Positions 13,049-25,505 of a stretch of DNA of 64,000 nt are shown here, piece after piece. The notes below the pieces were generated by a model. That model did no database searches. It had not been told where the DNA came from and saw nothing but the letters and a program-made list of their open reading frames with translations. This DNA comes from Haliotis cracherodii. Lineage: Eukaryota. Location: the NCBI RefSeq assembly GCF_022045235.1, contig NW_027266264.1, positions 67,518,001 through 67,582,000 on the forward strand, given 5' to 3'. How positions within the stretch are numbered: the stretch's first letter is position 1; every line of letters begins with the position of its first letter. The position numbers were made by a program, and so were the translations under genes.

Positions 13049-13721
13049 TACCCCCCATTCCACTAGGCGCGATCCACGGCGCTCCGTGAGAGCGCCATAG
13101 AGTGCCATATAGAGCGCCAAGATCGCCAAAAGCGCTAACGGATCGCTAACTGATTTCCATGATCGCAAAGGTCTCCGCCGGTTGACTCCCCTGCAAAAAG
13201 ATCCGTGGCGCTCCGCCCAGAGCGCAATCAGATCGCTAATTGAATGCCTAGATCGCCATCGGAGCGCTACTTGATCGCCAAGGTCGCAATCGGAGCGCTA
13301 TCGGATCACCATAGAGCGCTGCCGATCGCCACAAAACCTGGTCTACCGATCTTCGGCGCTCCATGGCAATCTGATGGCGCTCCTCGGAGATGCATTGGCG
13401 CTCCGATTGCGCTCCGATGGCACTCTGATTGTGCTTCACTGTTTGATTCACGATTTGGAGCGGCGCTCTGTGGCGCTCCAATGGCGCTCAAGGGTCTCAC
13501 CCAAAAAGCCTTCCTTCTCCATCTTCTTCGAGGCTGCTGGGCCAGAATAGCAATCTGCTGGTTCACGATGGCATGGTTCACGAGATTGTAAATCACTTGT
13601 AATATGGCAGCATCTCTATCTGATTGCAATCGGATCACAAGTACCCCTATACCGCCTCATTATATGGCGATCTATGGCGCTCCTTCAGATCGCGTAGATC
13701 GCCGACAGTGGAATGGGGGTA
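13049..13721 (-). mobile_element. PIF/Harbinger deletion derivative
   Basis: TIR TACCCCC(C)ATTCCACT / AGTGGAATGGGGGTA, TTA TSD (13046-48, 13722-24), many GATCGC/GGCGCTCC subterminal repeats, remnant RRRWRRKAFWVRP typical of Harbinger transposase N-termini. Confidence 0.85.
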
Positions 13722-14238
13722 TTACCCTCTCATATATGATCTCAGTGACCCATGGCAAAATATTTATCCCTGTACCTGATTTTAGTTGTTGAGTAAAATA
13801 CGAACCAGTCACCATGTGTGAATGTGCCCGCATTGATCATTGTAACATCCTATCGACCACTGTGTGATTGTCAGTCAAATATTAGCAGTAATATGGCTAA
13901 CTGCGGCATTCTGCAGCATTCACTCCCTCACATGTCTACATGCAATTTTAACTCTGCCACCCTCTGACGTCCCAGATACCTTTGAGCTTGTGTTCGAATT
14001 CTGGTACGTCCCGATCATCTTTCTAGATTTATCAGCGCCATACACTTTGCTCACCAAAGTTGTAAAGTCTGAGACCTGCATCACAGCTGGCGTTCCTCCA
14101 GCATCAAGCTGTTCTATGTCCACAAAGAAAATGCCTTGACATATTTTATCATGAATTAATTTAAATACTGTTTGACACTGAAGCAAACTCACTCACTCCA
14201 CATAGTTTACAGTGTTCCAGAAGTTCTCTGGTCACAAG

Positions 14239-14482
14239 GGGCATGTGTGGCCCAGTCGTCTAAGGCGCCGTGATTCGCTGTGCAGAGTTGCGTCCCTTAG
14301 GTTCGAATCCCGGTTCGCCCCGATTATGTTCCTAGGTGTGTCAGCACCATGCAGGTGCTCGTGGGTGTCACCGAAGTGGCAAACGTCTTAGACCTGCATC
14401 ACTTCAGGCTCCCACATTAAGCTGACACGCCATGATATAACTGGAATACTGTTAAAAGCAGTGTCAAACCCAACTTACTCAC
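14239..14482 (+). mobile_element. Family-D tRNA-derived SINE, full length
   Basis: A/B boxes, ACTC-type tail, 14-bp TSD TCTCTGGTCACAAG (14225-14238, 14483-14496). Confidence 0.85.
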
Positions 14483-15529
14483 TCTCTGGTCACAAGCAAA
14501 ACGTTTTAACATGGATTTTCCTCGAAAGAAAAGGTTCGATTTGATATGAGATTTGTGTTTGAAGAGTATATTTCTCAATATAGACATTTTCAAACTACCG
14601 GTATTAACCTGTTGATGATATATACTGCTGGGAACAGTGAATCTGTGGATTTTGCAAGATTTGAAAGCCTAACAAATAGTAAACTCTAAGCATGAGTGTA
14701 ATACGGTAATTCACTGAAGAGCTTTTTTATTTAAAATGTGCTGAAATATGCCCTTAATGATCAAGCAGTCGTTTGTTTTTTTTCTTTAAGTTATGACATT
14801 TTTCAGATTTACAGACAAGATTAATATGTTTCCGAAGTTGTTGTTGGTAGATTCTTTAAGTAGATAAGTGTATATGTTGGTCAAGGAATAGATGTTTCCT
14901 CCCCGGTTCTACGTGTGTTAATGAATATCTGCTTACCACTTCAGGTGTCATAACGAGGGACCAGGACGCATTCATCTGAAAAGCAGCAATATGTCACCAG
15001 CCTCACTCACCAGCCTCATTCACCAGCCTCAGTTGCCATCCATCCTCAGTTTCAACTAGCCTCAGCCTCAGCCTCCAGCTTCCATTGGTCTCACCATCAG
15101 TAGTCAAGCAGTGAAACTGAAATTCCTCCTTCACCATCAGCGTCCACATCAACCTGGTACCTGTCCAGATGCAGTAAATAAAACTGAAGATAAACAAATC
15201 ATTTATATTATAAGAATTATTTGTTTAGGGCAAACATGTTCCCCGTCATATGGAATCAAGATTTCATTTCTGCTGTATATCTCACTTTAACAGCTGTCAT
15301 ACTGGTGCATGCATTCCCGAAACTTGTTCGTCGACTATCAACAACTTCAAAAAGGGCCTTACACATGTGTATTGATCGTTGTGTTTGTTTATATGTCATT
15401 GAAATTAACAAAATACTGTTTCTTCTACAGGTGTGGCTACCTTCTCCAACACCTGCCAATTACACCGCCTCATATGCAGGAATTGACACCCTCTGTTATA
15501 CTCCATAGCCATGTATCCTATCACTGAGA

Positions 15530-16135
15530 TATACAAAGTGGTTCTGAAATCAACTCATATCCAGCATGATACAAAGATTACAACTTTGCATGCTGGTGTT
15601 ATCAGGATCTTGTTTAGTGTGTGACGATCGTCCACTTCAAAGTCTCTGATGGTGTCCATGTGTACCTCCTGATGACTCGGCAGCTCCGAGGTGTTGATGG
15701 GTGTTTTATGTTTCATGGCTCATACTCCGACTTGAAACACCCACTAACACCTTCTAGTTGAACGATGACTCGGTTGTATTCAAAAGCATCTTATCAGGTA
15801 GTTTTTGGAGGGGAATTGTTTAAATGACTTTGAAACAGGAAATCCTTTCTCGTTGAGTGTGTCAGATATCACTGGTATGTCTGAAGAAGTATCAACATTA
15901 CATTTGGTTGGTTACACTCAACAAAATATTTCAGTTAGTATTCTTGATACTCGGAGTTTAAGGTGGATGTTCCTAATCATGTACGGTGCTGTGGTAGGAT
16001 GTTGGCAGTATCAGTCTACCACTAGGATGGATGTTGAACAGAGCTAAGTGACCAGGGTTAGTTTCAAACCGCACTTATTTGATGGTTTTGAAAGTATGAG
16101 GTTCACTTATGACAGACTGTTCCAAACGACTTTCT
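15530..16135 (-). mobile_element. Diverged fragment of the BEL 5'/gag-upstream region
   Basis: 15825-16130 aligns by eye with 46090-46405 and 37545-37845; 15580-15790 aligns with 24425-24630. Confidence 0.55.
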
Positions 16136-18239
16136 TTCTCCCAGCCTTTCTTTCCCGGAACACCCCTGTGATAAATTCAATTCCAAAATATTTGTTGACA
16201 TCTGATCACATCTGGACGTGCACACGTGGTCTCGCCTCAGCTCCAGACTGCACCCGTCTGCCACACCTGTCTGCCACACCCGTCTGCCACACCCGTCTAC
16301 CACACCCGTCTACCACACCTGTCTCATCTCTAGTCCATGGTGAGTATATGAACGCTCGGTCGCTGCATGTAGTAAGCTGGTTACTTTATATGCACAATGA
16401 AGACTGGAAACATCTAGAGATGCCACTATATTGCACCTACAGCCTTAAAGATTGGTTTGCAAATAATAATATCAACATTGTAAATATAGATGCGAGCAGC
16501 AATGTCGGGCTCTATGTTTTCTCATATGAATATGGCATCTAGTTCCAGCCGACTTCAATCCACGTTATTCAGTGCACATGAGTATGATATAGTGTAATTA
16601 ATAATTTGCTATTTCACTGATAGAATGCTGATGTCATTTTCATCAACATCAAACACATCTCAGGAGGATCATTGGGGACACTTTCTTGTCAGTAGAATCT
16701 ATCAAGTGACCATCAAAGCGACTTGAAGGTGATTTGTTGTTGTAGGTAGGAGATGTTGACATTTGGCACGTCCTCAGGGATAATGTGGCTTTGGGCATTG
16801 CCTAAGAATAACAACATGTCAGTCACTTCTTGTCAAAGGAATTGAAGCAATTAGCAAAGAAAGCTCCAGTCATCTATGCTGTATTTTGTTAACAAAGATT
16901 AAAAGCGGTTAACTGTGAACACTACTGAGATCAATGCACCTAAGAGAAGAACGATCAGATACATATTGATGATTACTTCCAACACTTGGCATAACAGATA
17001 GGGAATTGGGACATTTGTTCTGAAAAACAACAACATTGGAATTAGTATTTAAACCAGGTTGGCATTATAAAAAGCTAATTTGTTATTGTGGAAATCCGTT
17101 CCAAGAAGATCATCGCATTATGAAAGAAAAGGTGTCAAAAGAAACACCTCACATAATTATATTAAACATCAGATTTCTATCCATTTAGCTGTCAGGAGGT
17201 TAAAAGGGTATGTTAAGCAAATGCTATGACAAGTGAAAATATAAATTTATTGATCTAGTTCTAATTTGTATCCGTTTGATGAATACTTTGTGAATGATTA
17301 AACCATGCTATTTTTTAACAATGTGATAATTCATGGGTTTGTTTTGATGTGCAGTCATTTTTTGAACGACTAAATCACTCGTTTGGGTGCTGGTCCCCTT
17401 TGATAAGCACCGGAAAGGAAGATGCACATTAGACCTGTGCTTCCAGCTTCACACAACCTGTTAACTGGTCATTGCTAGGGGAGGTTACTCTATTTGAATA
17501 TGTCACGAGTTAGGTGGCGTTCGCATTTCCCACCCCGTTGGACAGCCATATTCAGCTTGTTGTAGTGCGAGACTAAAATGGACGTAATACGATAAATTTT
17601 AGGCTTTCACTTTTTTCTGTGTATCTGTGTTCACAAACTGATATTGTGGGTTACATATTCAATGGCTTTGATGTTCATACTGATGAATTGTTGGATATAT
17701 TGTACCTTTTTGAAAAGTAGGTGCATCTCTTGCTACACATCACGTGGCTGAGATTTGTGGGATTTGCAACAATTGTCTCATCATCTCTACCGTGCTACTA
17801 ATTTGTCAGTGGCAGAGCTCCCGATAACTTTTTGAGCAATTGTGGTTTTACTCAAAGATTTCTATTTCAATTGGGTTATTACAATTTTCATTGGGTAACC
17901 AATATTTTTTCACTCATCTATTCATCACTCGATTGTTTTTTTACCAAAATGAGTAAGCATTTTAAGATTTGAAAAAAATGATATAATATTTTAGATGTAT
18001 GTAACAGTTCTAAGTATAGGCTTGACTCAGAAAGTAAATAAGCTCGTAATTGGGTTTCGGAAATTAGCTCTGTTGTATGCATGCTGAAAAAGCTTTAATG
18101 GGCATGCGTTTTTGTACGCAAGTTACTTGAATTTACGTAAATACACAGCACATCTGTAGCTCTGTTTTTGTGATCATCAGATGAGTAACCAGTGCAACAC
18201 TCAGACTTATACACTGAGTTCTCAACTCGCTCTTGAGGT

Positions 18240-21200
18240 CCTGAATGATCCAGGTCTCCTCCACATTGTCATTTCAATGGCAGAGTGAGTCTCTTCCCAC
18301 CTGTCTCAGTTGCTACTAGCTGCCATACCCAGTTGGCACCAGCCTCAGTTGCAGCCAACCTGAGCTGCAGCCAGCAACAAGCCTCTGTTGTGACAAGTAA
18401 CCTGCCTTAGTTGCCACAAATAACCTTCCTCAGTTGCTACCAGTTGCCGCCACTCTCACTTGCAACAAGCCACCGCTTCAGTTCCCATCTGCCTCGGTTG
18501 CCATCCTCAGTTGCTGCCAGCCTCAGTTGCCACCAGCATCTGTTCCCGCCAGCCTCAGTTATCACCGGCCTCAGTTGTCAGCTTCCTCAGTTGCCACCAG
18601 CCTCAGTTGTCACCTCCTTCAGTTGTCATCTCCCTCAGTTGCCACCGGGCGCAGTTGCCACCGGGCGCAGTTGTCACCTCCCTCAGTTGCCACCCGCCTC
18701 AGTTGCCACCCGCCTCAGTTGCCACCAGCCTCAGTTATCACCGACCTCAGTTGCCACCTGCCTGAGTCTCAGTTGCCACAAGTTACCTGCCTCAGTTGCC
18801 CCTAGCCTCTGTTGCAACCAACCAGTTGACAACGAAGAAATTTCACACATCCGATCCATAGTGGAATTGGTTGTTTTAAATCTGTATCGATTTTTGTTTC
18901 GCTACAACATGGTCTGTAATTAAATAAGAGCCACAAAAACCTTTTCATAATCACACAAAATCTTTATCAAAAGCAGAATTGATTGTATGTATTTAGTGAT
19001 TCATAAACACATGCTTTTGATATGGTCCGAAATATGGAATGGACTCTTCTTTTAGTAGAGATTTCTTATGATTATGGAATTGATTTTGTGGCTTTTATTT
19101 ACATTCAAGTCATCAACACATCAGGGTCCCTCCACATTGTAATTTCAACGGTGTAGGGAGTTCCATGAAGGTGTGTTGATGACTTGACATCACCTCAGGG
19201 TCCCTCCACATGATATTTCGACCGTGGAGGGAGTCCCATAAAGGGGTGATGACAACAACCTGAATGATCCAGGTCTCCCCCCACATTGTTATTTCAGTGG
19301 CGGAGTGAGTCTCTTCCCACCTGTCTCAGTTGCTACTAGCTGCCATCCCCAGTTGCTGGCCACCTCAGTTGTCAGCTCCCTTGGTTGTCACCAGCTTCAG
19401 TTGTCACCTCCCTCAGTTGTCACCTCCCTCAGTTGTCACCAGCCTCAGTTGCCACCTCCTTCAGTTGCCACCTGCCTCAGTTGCCACCAGCCTCAGTTGC
19501 CACCAGCCTCAGTTGCCACCCACCTCAGTTGCCACCAGCCTCGGTTGCCACCTCCCTCAGTTGTTACCAGCCTCAGTTGCCACCCACCTCGGTTGCCACC
19601 TCCCTCAGTTGCCACCAGCCTCAGTTGCCACCAGCCTCAGTTGTCACCTCCCTCAGTTGCCACCAGCCTCGGTTGCCACCTCCCTCAGTTGCCACCTGCC
19701 TCAGTTGCCACCAGCCTCAGTTGCCACCAGCCTCAGTTGCCACCCACCTCAGTTGCCACCAGCCTCGGTTGCCACCTCCCTCAGTTGTCACCAGCCTCAG
19801 TTGTCAGCTTCCTCAGTTGCCACCACCTCAGTTATCACCGGCCTGTGTTGCCATCTGCCTGAGTCTCAGTTGCCACAAGTTACCTGCCTCAGTTGCCCCT
19901 AGCCTCTGTTGCAACCAACCAGTTGACAACGAAGAAATTTCACACATCCGATCCATAGTGGAATTGGTTGTTTTAAAATCTGTATCGATTTTTGTTTCGC
20001 TACAACATGGTCTGTATGTAAATAAAAGCCACAAAAACCTTTTCATAATCACACAAAATCTTTATCAAAAGCAGAATTGATTGTATGTATTTAGTGATTC
20101 ATAAACACATGCTTTTGATATGGTCCGAAATATGGAATGGACTCTTCTTTTAGTAGAGATTTCTTATGATTATGGAATTGATTTTGTGGCTTTTATTTAC
20201 ATTCAAGTCATCAACACATCAGGGTCCCTTCACATTGTAATTTTGACGGTGTAGGGAGTTCCATGAAGGTGTGTTGATGACTTGACATCACCTCAGGGTC
20301 CCTCCACATGATATTTCGACCGTGGAGGGAGTCCCATAAAGGGGTGATGACAACAACCTGAATGATCCAGGTCTCCCCCCACATTGTTATTTCAATGGCG
20401 GAGTGAGTCTCTTCCCACCTGTCTCAGTTGCTACTAGCTGCCATCCCCAGTTGCTAGCAGCCTCAGTTGTCAGCTCACTCGGCTGTCACCAGCCTCGGTT
20501 GCCACCGGCCTCAGTTGTCACCTCCCTCGGTTGCCACCAGCCTCAGTTGTCACCTTCTTCAGTTGTCACCTCCCTCAGTTGCCACCCGCCTCAGTTGCCA
20601 CCTACCTCAGTTGCCACCAGCCTCAGTTGTCACCTCCCTCAGTTGTCACCTCTCTCAGTTGTCACGAGCCTCAGTTGTCAGCTTCCTCAGTTGCCACCAC
20701 CTCAGTTGTCACCTCCCTCAGCTGTCACCTCCCTCAGTTGCCTTCCGCCTCAGTTGCCACCCGCCTCAGTTGCCACCAGCCTCAGTTATCACCAGCCTCA
20801 GTTGCTATCTGCCTGAGTCTCAGTTGCCACAAGTTACCTGCCTCAGTTGCCCCTAGCCTCTGTTGCAACCAACCAGTTGACAACGAAGAAATTTCACACA
20901 TCCGATCCATAGTGGAATTGGTTGTTTTAAATCTGTATCGATTTTTGCTTTGCTACAACATGGTCTGTATGTAAATAAGAGCCACAAAAACCTTTTCATA
21001 ATCACACAAAATCTTTATCAAAAGCAGAATTGATTGTATGTATTTAGTGATTCATAAACACATGCTTTTGATATGGTCCGAAATATGGAATGGACTCTTC
21101 TTTTAGTAGAGATTTCTTATGATTATGGAATTGATTTTGTGGCTTTTATTTACATTCAAGTCATCAACACATCAGGGTCCCTTCACATTGTAATTTCAAC

Positions 21201-23220
21201 GGTGGAGGGAGTTCCATGAAGGTGTGTTGATGACTTGACATCACCTCATGGTCCCTCCACATGATATTTCGACCGTGGAGGGAGTCCCATAAAGGGGTGA
21301 TGACAACAACCTGAATGATCTAGGTCTCCCCCACATTGTTATTTCAATGGCGGAGTGAGTCTCTTCCCACCTATCTCAGTTGCTACCAGTTGCCGCCACT
21401 CTCAGTTGCAACATGCCACCACCTCAGTTGCCACCAGGCTCAGTTGCCACCGGCCTCAGTTGCCACTGGCCTCAGTTGCCACAGTCTCAATTACCACCGC
21501 CCCAGTTGCCAGCGGCCTCAGTTGCAGCCAACCTGAGCTGCAGCCAGCAACAAGCCTCTGTTGTCACAAGTAACCTGCCTTAGTTGCCACAAATAACCTG
21601 CCTCAGCTGCTACCAGTCGCCGCCACTCTCAGTTGCAACATGCCACCACCTCAGTTGCCACCAGGCTCAGTTGCCACCCGCCTCAGTTGCCACAGTCTCA
21701 ATTACCACCGCCTCAGTTGCCACCCGCCTCAGTTGTCAGCTCCCTCAGTTGTCAGCTCCCTCAGTTGTCACCTCCTTCAGTTACCACCAACCTCAGTTGT
21801 CACCTCCCTCAGTTGTCAGCGGGCTCAGTTGCCACCAGCCTCAGTTGTCAGCTTCCCCAGTTGCCACCAGCATCAGTTCCCGCCAGCCTCAGTTATCACC
21901 GGCCTGTGTCTCAGTTGCCACAAGTTACCTGCCTCAGTTGCCCCTAGCCTCTGTTGCAACCAACCAGTTGACAACGAAGAAATTTCACACATCCGATCCA
22001 TAGTGGAATTGGTTGTTTTAAATCTGTATCGATTTTTGTTTCGCTACAACATGGTCTGTATGTAAATAAAAGCCACAAAAACCTTTTCATAATCACACAA
22101 AATCTTTATCAAAAGCAGAATTGATTGTATGTATTTAGTGATTCATAAACACATGCTTTTGATATGGTCTGAAATATGGAATGGACTCTTCTTTTAGTAG
22201 AGATTTCTTATGATTATGGAATTGATTTTGTGGCTTTTATTTACATTCAAGTCATCAACACATCAGGGTCCCTCCACATTGTAATTTCGACAGTGGAGGG
22301 AGTTCCATGAAGGTGTGTTGATGACTTGACATCACCTCAGGGTCCCTCCACATGATATTTCGACCGTGGAGGGAGTCCCATAAAGGGGTGATGACAACAA
22401 CCTGAATGATCCAGGTCTCCTCCACATTGTCATTTCAATGGCGGAGTGAGTCTCTTCCCACCTGTCTCAGTTGCCACCAGCCTGATTTTCCACCAGCCTC
22501 GGTTGCCACCAGCCACAGCCTCAGTTTCCAGCCCGTCTCCGTTACCATGCTGTCTCAGTATGCCGCAAGCCTCAGTTGCCACCAGCCTGATTTTCCACCA
22601 GCCTCAGTTGGCACCAGCCTCAGTTGGCACCAGCCTCTGTTGGCACCAGCCTCAGTTGCCTCCAGCCTCGGTTGCCACCAGCCACAGCCTCAGTTTCCAG
22701 CCCGTCTACGTTACCATGCTGTCTCAGTAGCCGCCAGCCTCCATTGCCATTCTGTCTCATTTGCCACCGGCTTCAGTTGCTGCCAGCAACCTGCCTCAGT
22801 TCTCACCAACCACAGTTGCCACCACCCTCAGTTACCTTCTTGTTCAACTGCCACCTGCCTCAGTTGCCGCCAGACACCGCTCTCCGGCCTCCAGCCTAAG
22901 TTGCCACAAGCCACCAGCCTCATTTGCCACCTACCTCAGTTGCCACCTGCCTCAGTTCTCAGCAACCAGGGGCGGTTGGGTAGCCTAGTTGGGTAGCCTC
23001 AGTTGTCAGCAGCCACCAGCCTCAGTTGTCACTTCCCTCAGTTGCCACCACCTCAGTTGTCACCTCCTTCAGTTGCCGCCAGCTTCAGTTGTTGCCAGCC
23101 TTGGTTGCAACCAGACTCTGTCGTCACCAGCGTCAGTTAACACTAGCCTCGGATCCCAGCCACTGCCTCAGCCACCGTCAGGGACCACGTCAACCTGGTG
23201 TTACCTCTCCACATGCAGTA
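18240..23220 (+). repeat. Higher-order tandem repeat: ~0.95-1.1 kb units, each a variable 16-bp minisatellite (CAGTTGCCACCAGCCT) plus a ~550-bp near-identical spacer
   Basis: Spacer landmark at 19105, 20203, 21156, 22247; the 16-bp period explains the PQLPPASVATSLSCHQ ORFs in all three + frames. Confidence 0.95.
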
Positions 23221-23755
23221 AGTAAAACTGAAGATATAAACTAATAATTTGTTCTATAGGAATGATTTTTTAATGTGTAATATTATATTTTCTACTCTAT
23301 ATCTCACTTGAACAGCTGTCATGTTGGTGCCTACATTTAATTGATATTCGTCCGTCCACTACCCAACAAAACTTCAAAGAGGGTTACACACACATGTGAA
23401 TTGATCGGCATGTTATCGAAGTTATTGAATAAATACTTAAATTAACAAAATACTGTTTCGTCTTCAGGTGTGATGACAGGTTACCATCTCTGTCACCTCT
23501 ACCAATTACACTGCTTCATGTGCAGGAATTGACACCCTCTGATACACTCACCATATCCGTGATCAAGTAATCCGAGTAAGTGTAGATGTAAACAGTTTCA
23601 TGTTAACTTGGACCAGACACATTGTAAAAGTGAGTTAACTGACTATTAATGTCAAGTTTCCACCCTTGCCAAACTAGGCTGGAAATTTGTGGCTCGATAG
23701 TGGCACCACCGTTTGCAGTTACGAGTTACAGTCAAGTCTTGTTAATCCGACATGG

Positions 23756-24013
23756 GATAAACCATGATTCATCGGTTAACCTTGCCTGTTCGTCACTTAT
23801 GATTAGCAGAAAACCTGCATCAACTAGTCTCTGAATTTGATCATTGTGGATCTTTGCAAGCTCTTGGTGATTCTGATGGTGTTTCTCGGTTCGTCTCAGG
23901 TTCAACATCACAGCTTCCTTTCCTGCCTGTAACTTAATGGTCCGATTTTCGCAGGAGTGGTGTTGCATAGTGCTTACCATCGCTAACTTTCACTCGCACT
24001 GTTTTAGCTTCAA
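23756..24013 (-). mobile_element. BEL/Pao pol fragment
   Basis: Near-identical to 28165-28425 and 43368-43630. Confidence 0.85.
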
Positions 24014-25346
24014 GTTACAGTCAAGTCTTGTTAATCCACAATCGGCGTTATCCGACACAAATGATGGGAACCGACTTAATCAGTGCTATTTAGACACGTT
24101 AATCCGACAGTCTCGCACTCCGACTCCGACACACCTAATTTGCAATGAAATGCTGAAATCACTCAGTAATCAGTCTCTTTAATCCAACACAGTGATCAGC
24201 GTACTCCATGGTCATCTGCCCGCGAGTTGTTTATGAACCAAATGTTGATTTCGTTCCACAATATTGATTGGACTATACCTAGTCTCGTTAGTCCAGCCAA
24301 AATACAACTCCATAATTCCAGCCTAGTTTGGCAAGGGTGGAAACTGTACTTAATTTTGGAAAGATGGATACATTGTCCTATCACCAAAGTGAACAAAGTA
24401 TTTCGGAAATCTGCGCATCTCCTGCATCCAACATGCTGGTGTTTTCAGGATCTTGTTTTGTGAGTAACTTCCACTTCCAAGTCCCTGATGGTGTCCATGT
24501 CTACCTCCTGATGACTCGGCAGCTTTGAGGTGTTGAGGGGTGTTTTATGTTTCATGGCTCATATTCCTACTATAAACACCCGCTAACACCTTCTAGTTGA
24601 ACGACAACTCAGTTGTATTCACAAGCATCTACTCAGCATCTTCCTGAGGCAATGGAGTTAAGTGAATTTAAAAAAACTGGAAAAAGTCCAGTTTCCACCT
24701 TTGCTGAACTAGGCTGAAATTATGGAGTTGTATTCTGGCTGGACTAACGAGTCTATGCATTGTCCAAACAAAATTGTGGAATGAAATCAATATTGGGTTC
24801 ATAAACAACATGGCGACTGCCATGCAGATGTCAGTCGATAGCAGGATTTACAGAGCATGTGTACTTTCATCTGGGCGTCGTGAGATGTTTTCTAAATGTT
24901 TTCAGGCTTATATTCAGGGTGGAATCTTGACATTTATAGTCAGTTAACTCACAATGTATCTAGTCCAAGTTGACATGAAATTGTTTACATCTACACTTAC
25001 TCGCATTACTTAATCACGGATATGGTGAGTATATCAGAGGGTGTCAATTCCTGCACATGAAGCAGTGTAATTGGCAGAGGTGATGGAGATGGTAACCTGT
25101 CATCACACCTGAAGACGAAACAGTATTTTGTTAATTGAAGTATTTATTCAATAACTTCGATAACATGCCGATCAATTCACATGTGTGTGTAACCCTCTTT
25201 GAAGTTTTGTTGGGTAGTGGAAGGACGAATATCAATTAAATGCAGGCACCAACATGACAGCTGTTCAAATGAGATATAGAGTAGAAACTGTACACATTAT
25301 ACATAAAAAAAAATTCCTATAGAGTTAATGATTCGTTTATACCTTT

Positions 25347-25505
25347 TGTAAAGTAGGGTCAAATAGGTATCAAATGGAATCACACGCCTCATGGAAGTTG
25401 CCATTTATTTATCTAAAAATGGGATTTACAAAAACTTGGAATCAACAGGAATCAGGTAATCACGAAACTGAATCGGAATCAAGGCACTTCAAACACTTTC
25501 TCACA
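25347..25505 (-). repeat. 3' LTR of BEL copy 1 (short, TG...CA)
   Basis: Preceded on minus by PPT GGGGGGCGGC then TGTGAG; contains AATAAA; ends TTTACA where similarity to the empty-site paralog (~48810) resumes. Confidence 0.7.

Noticed and set aside
18300-23100. Selenoprotein idea (TGA-rich minus strand plus hairpins as SECIS)
   Set aside because: The TGA shifts frame every unit and the hairpins lack the AUGA/GA quartet geometry
18411-23244. Many long overlapping Pro/Ser/Cys-rich ORFs
   Set aside because: Produced by a 16-bp repeat open in all three frames; no frame preference or domain
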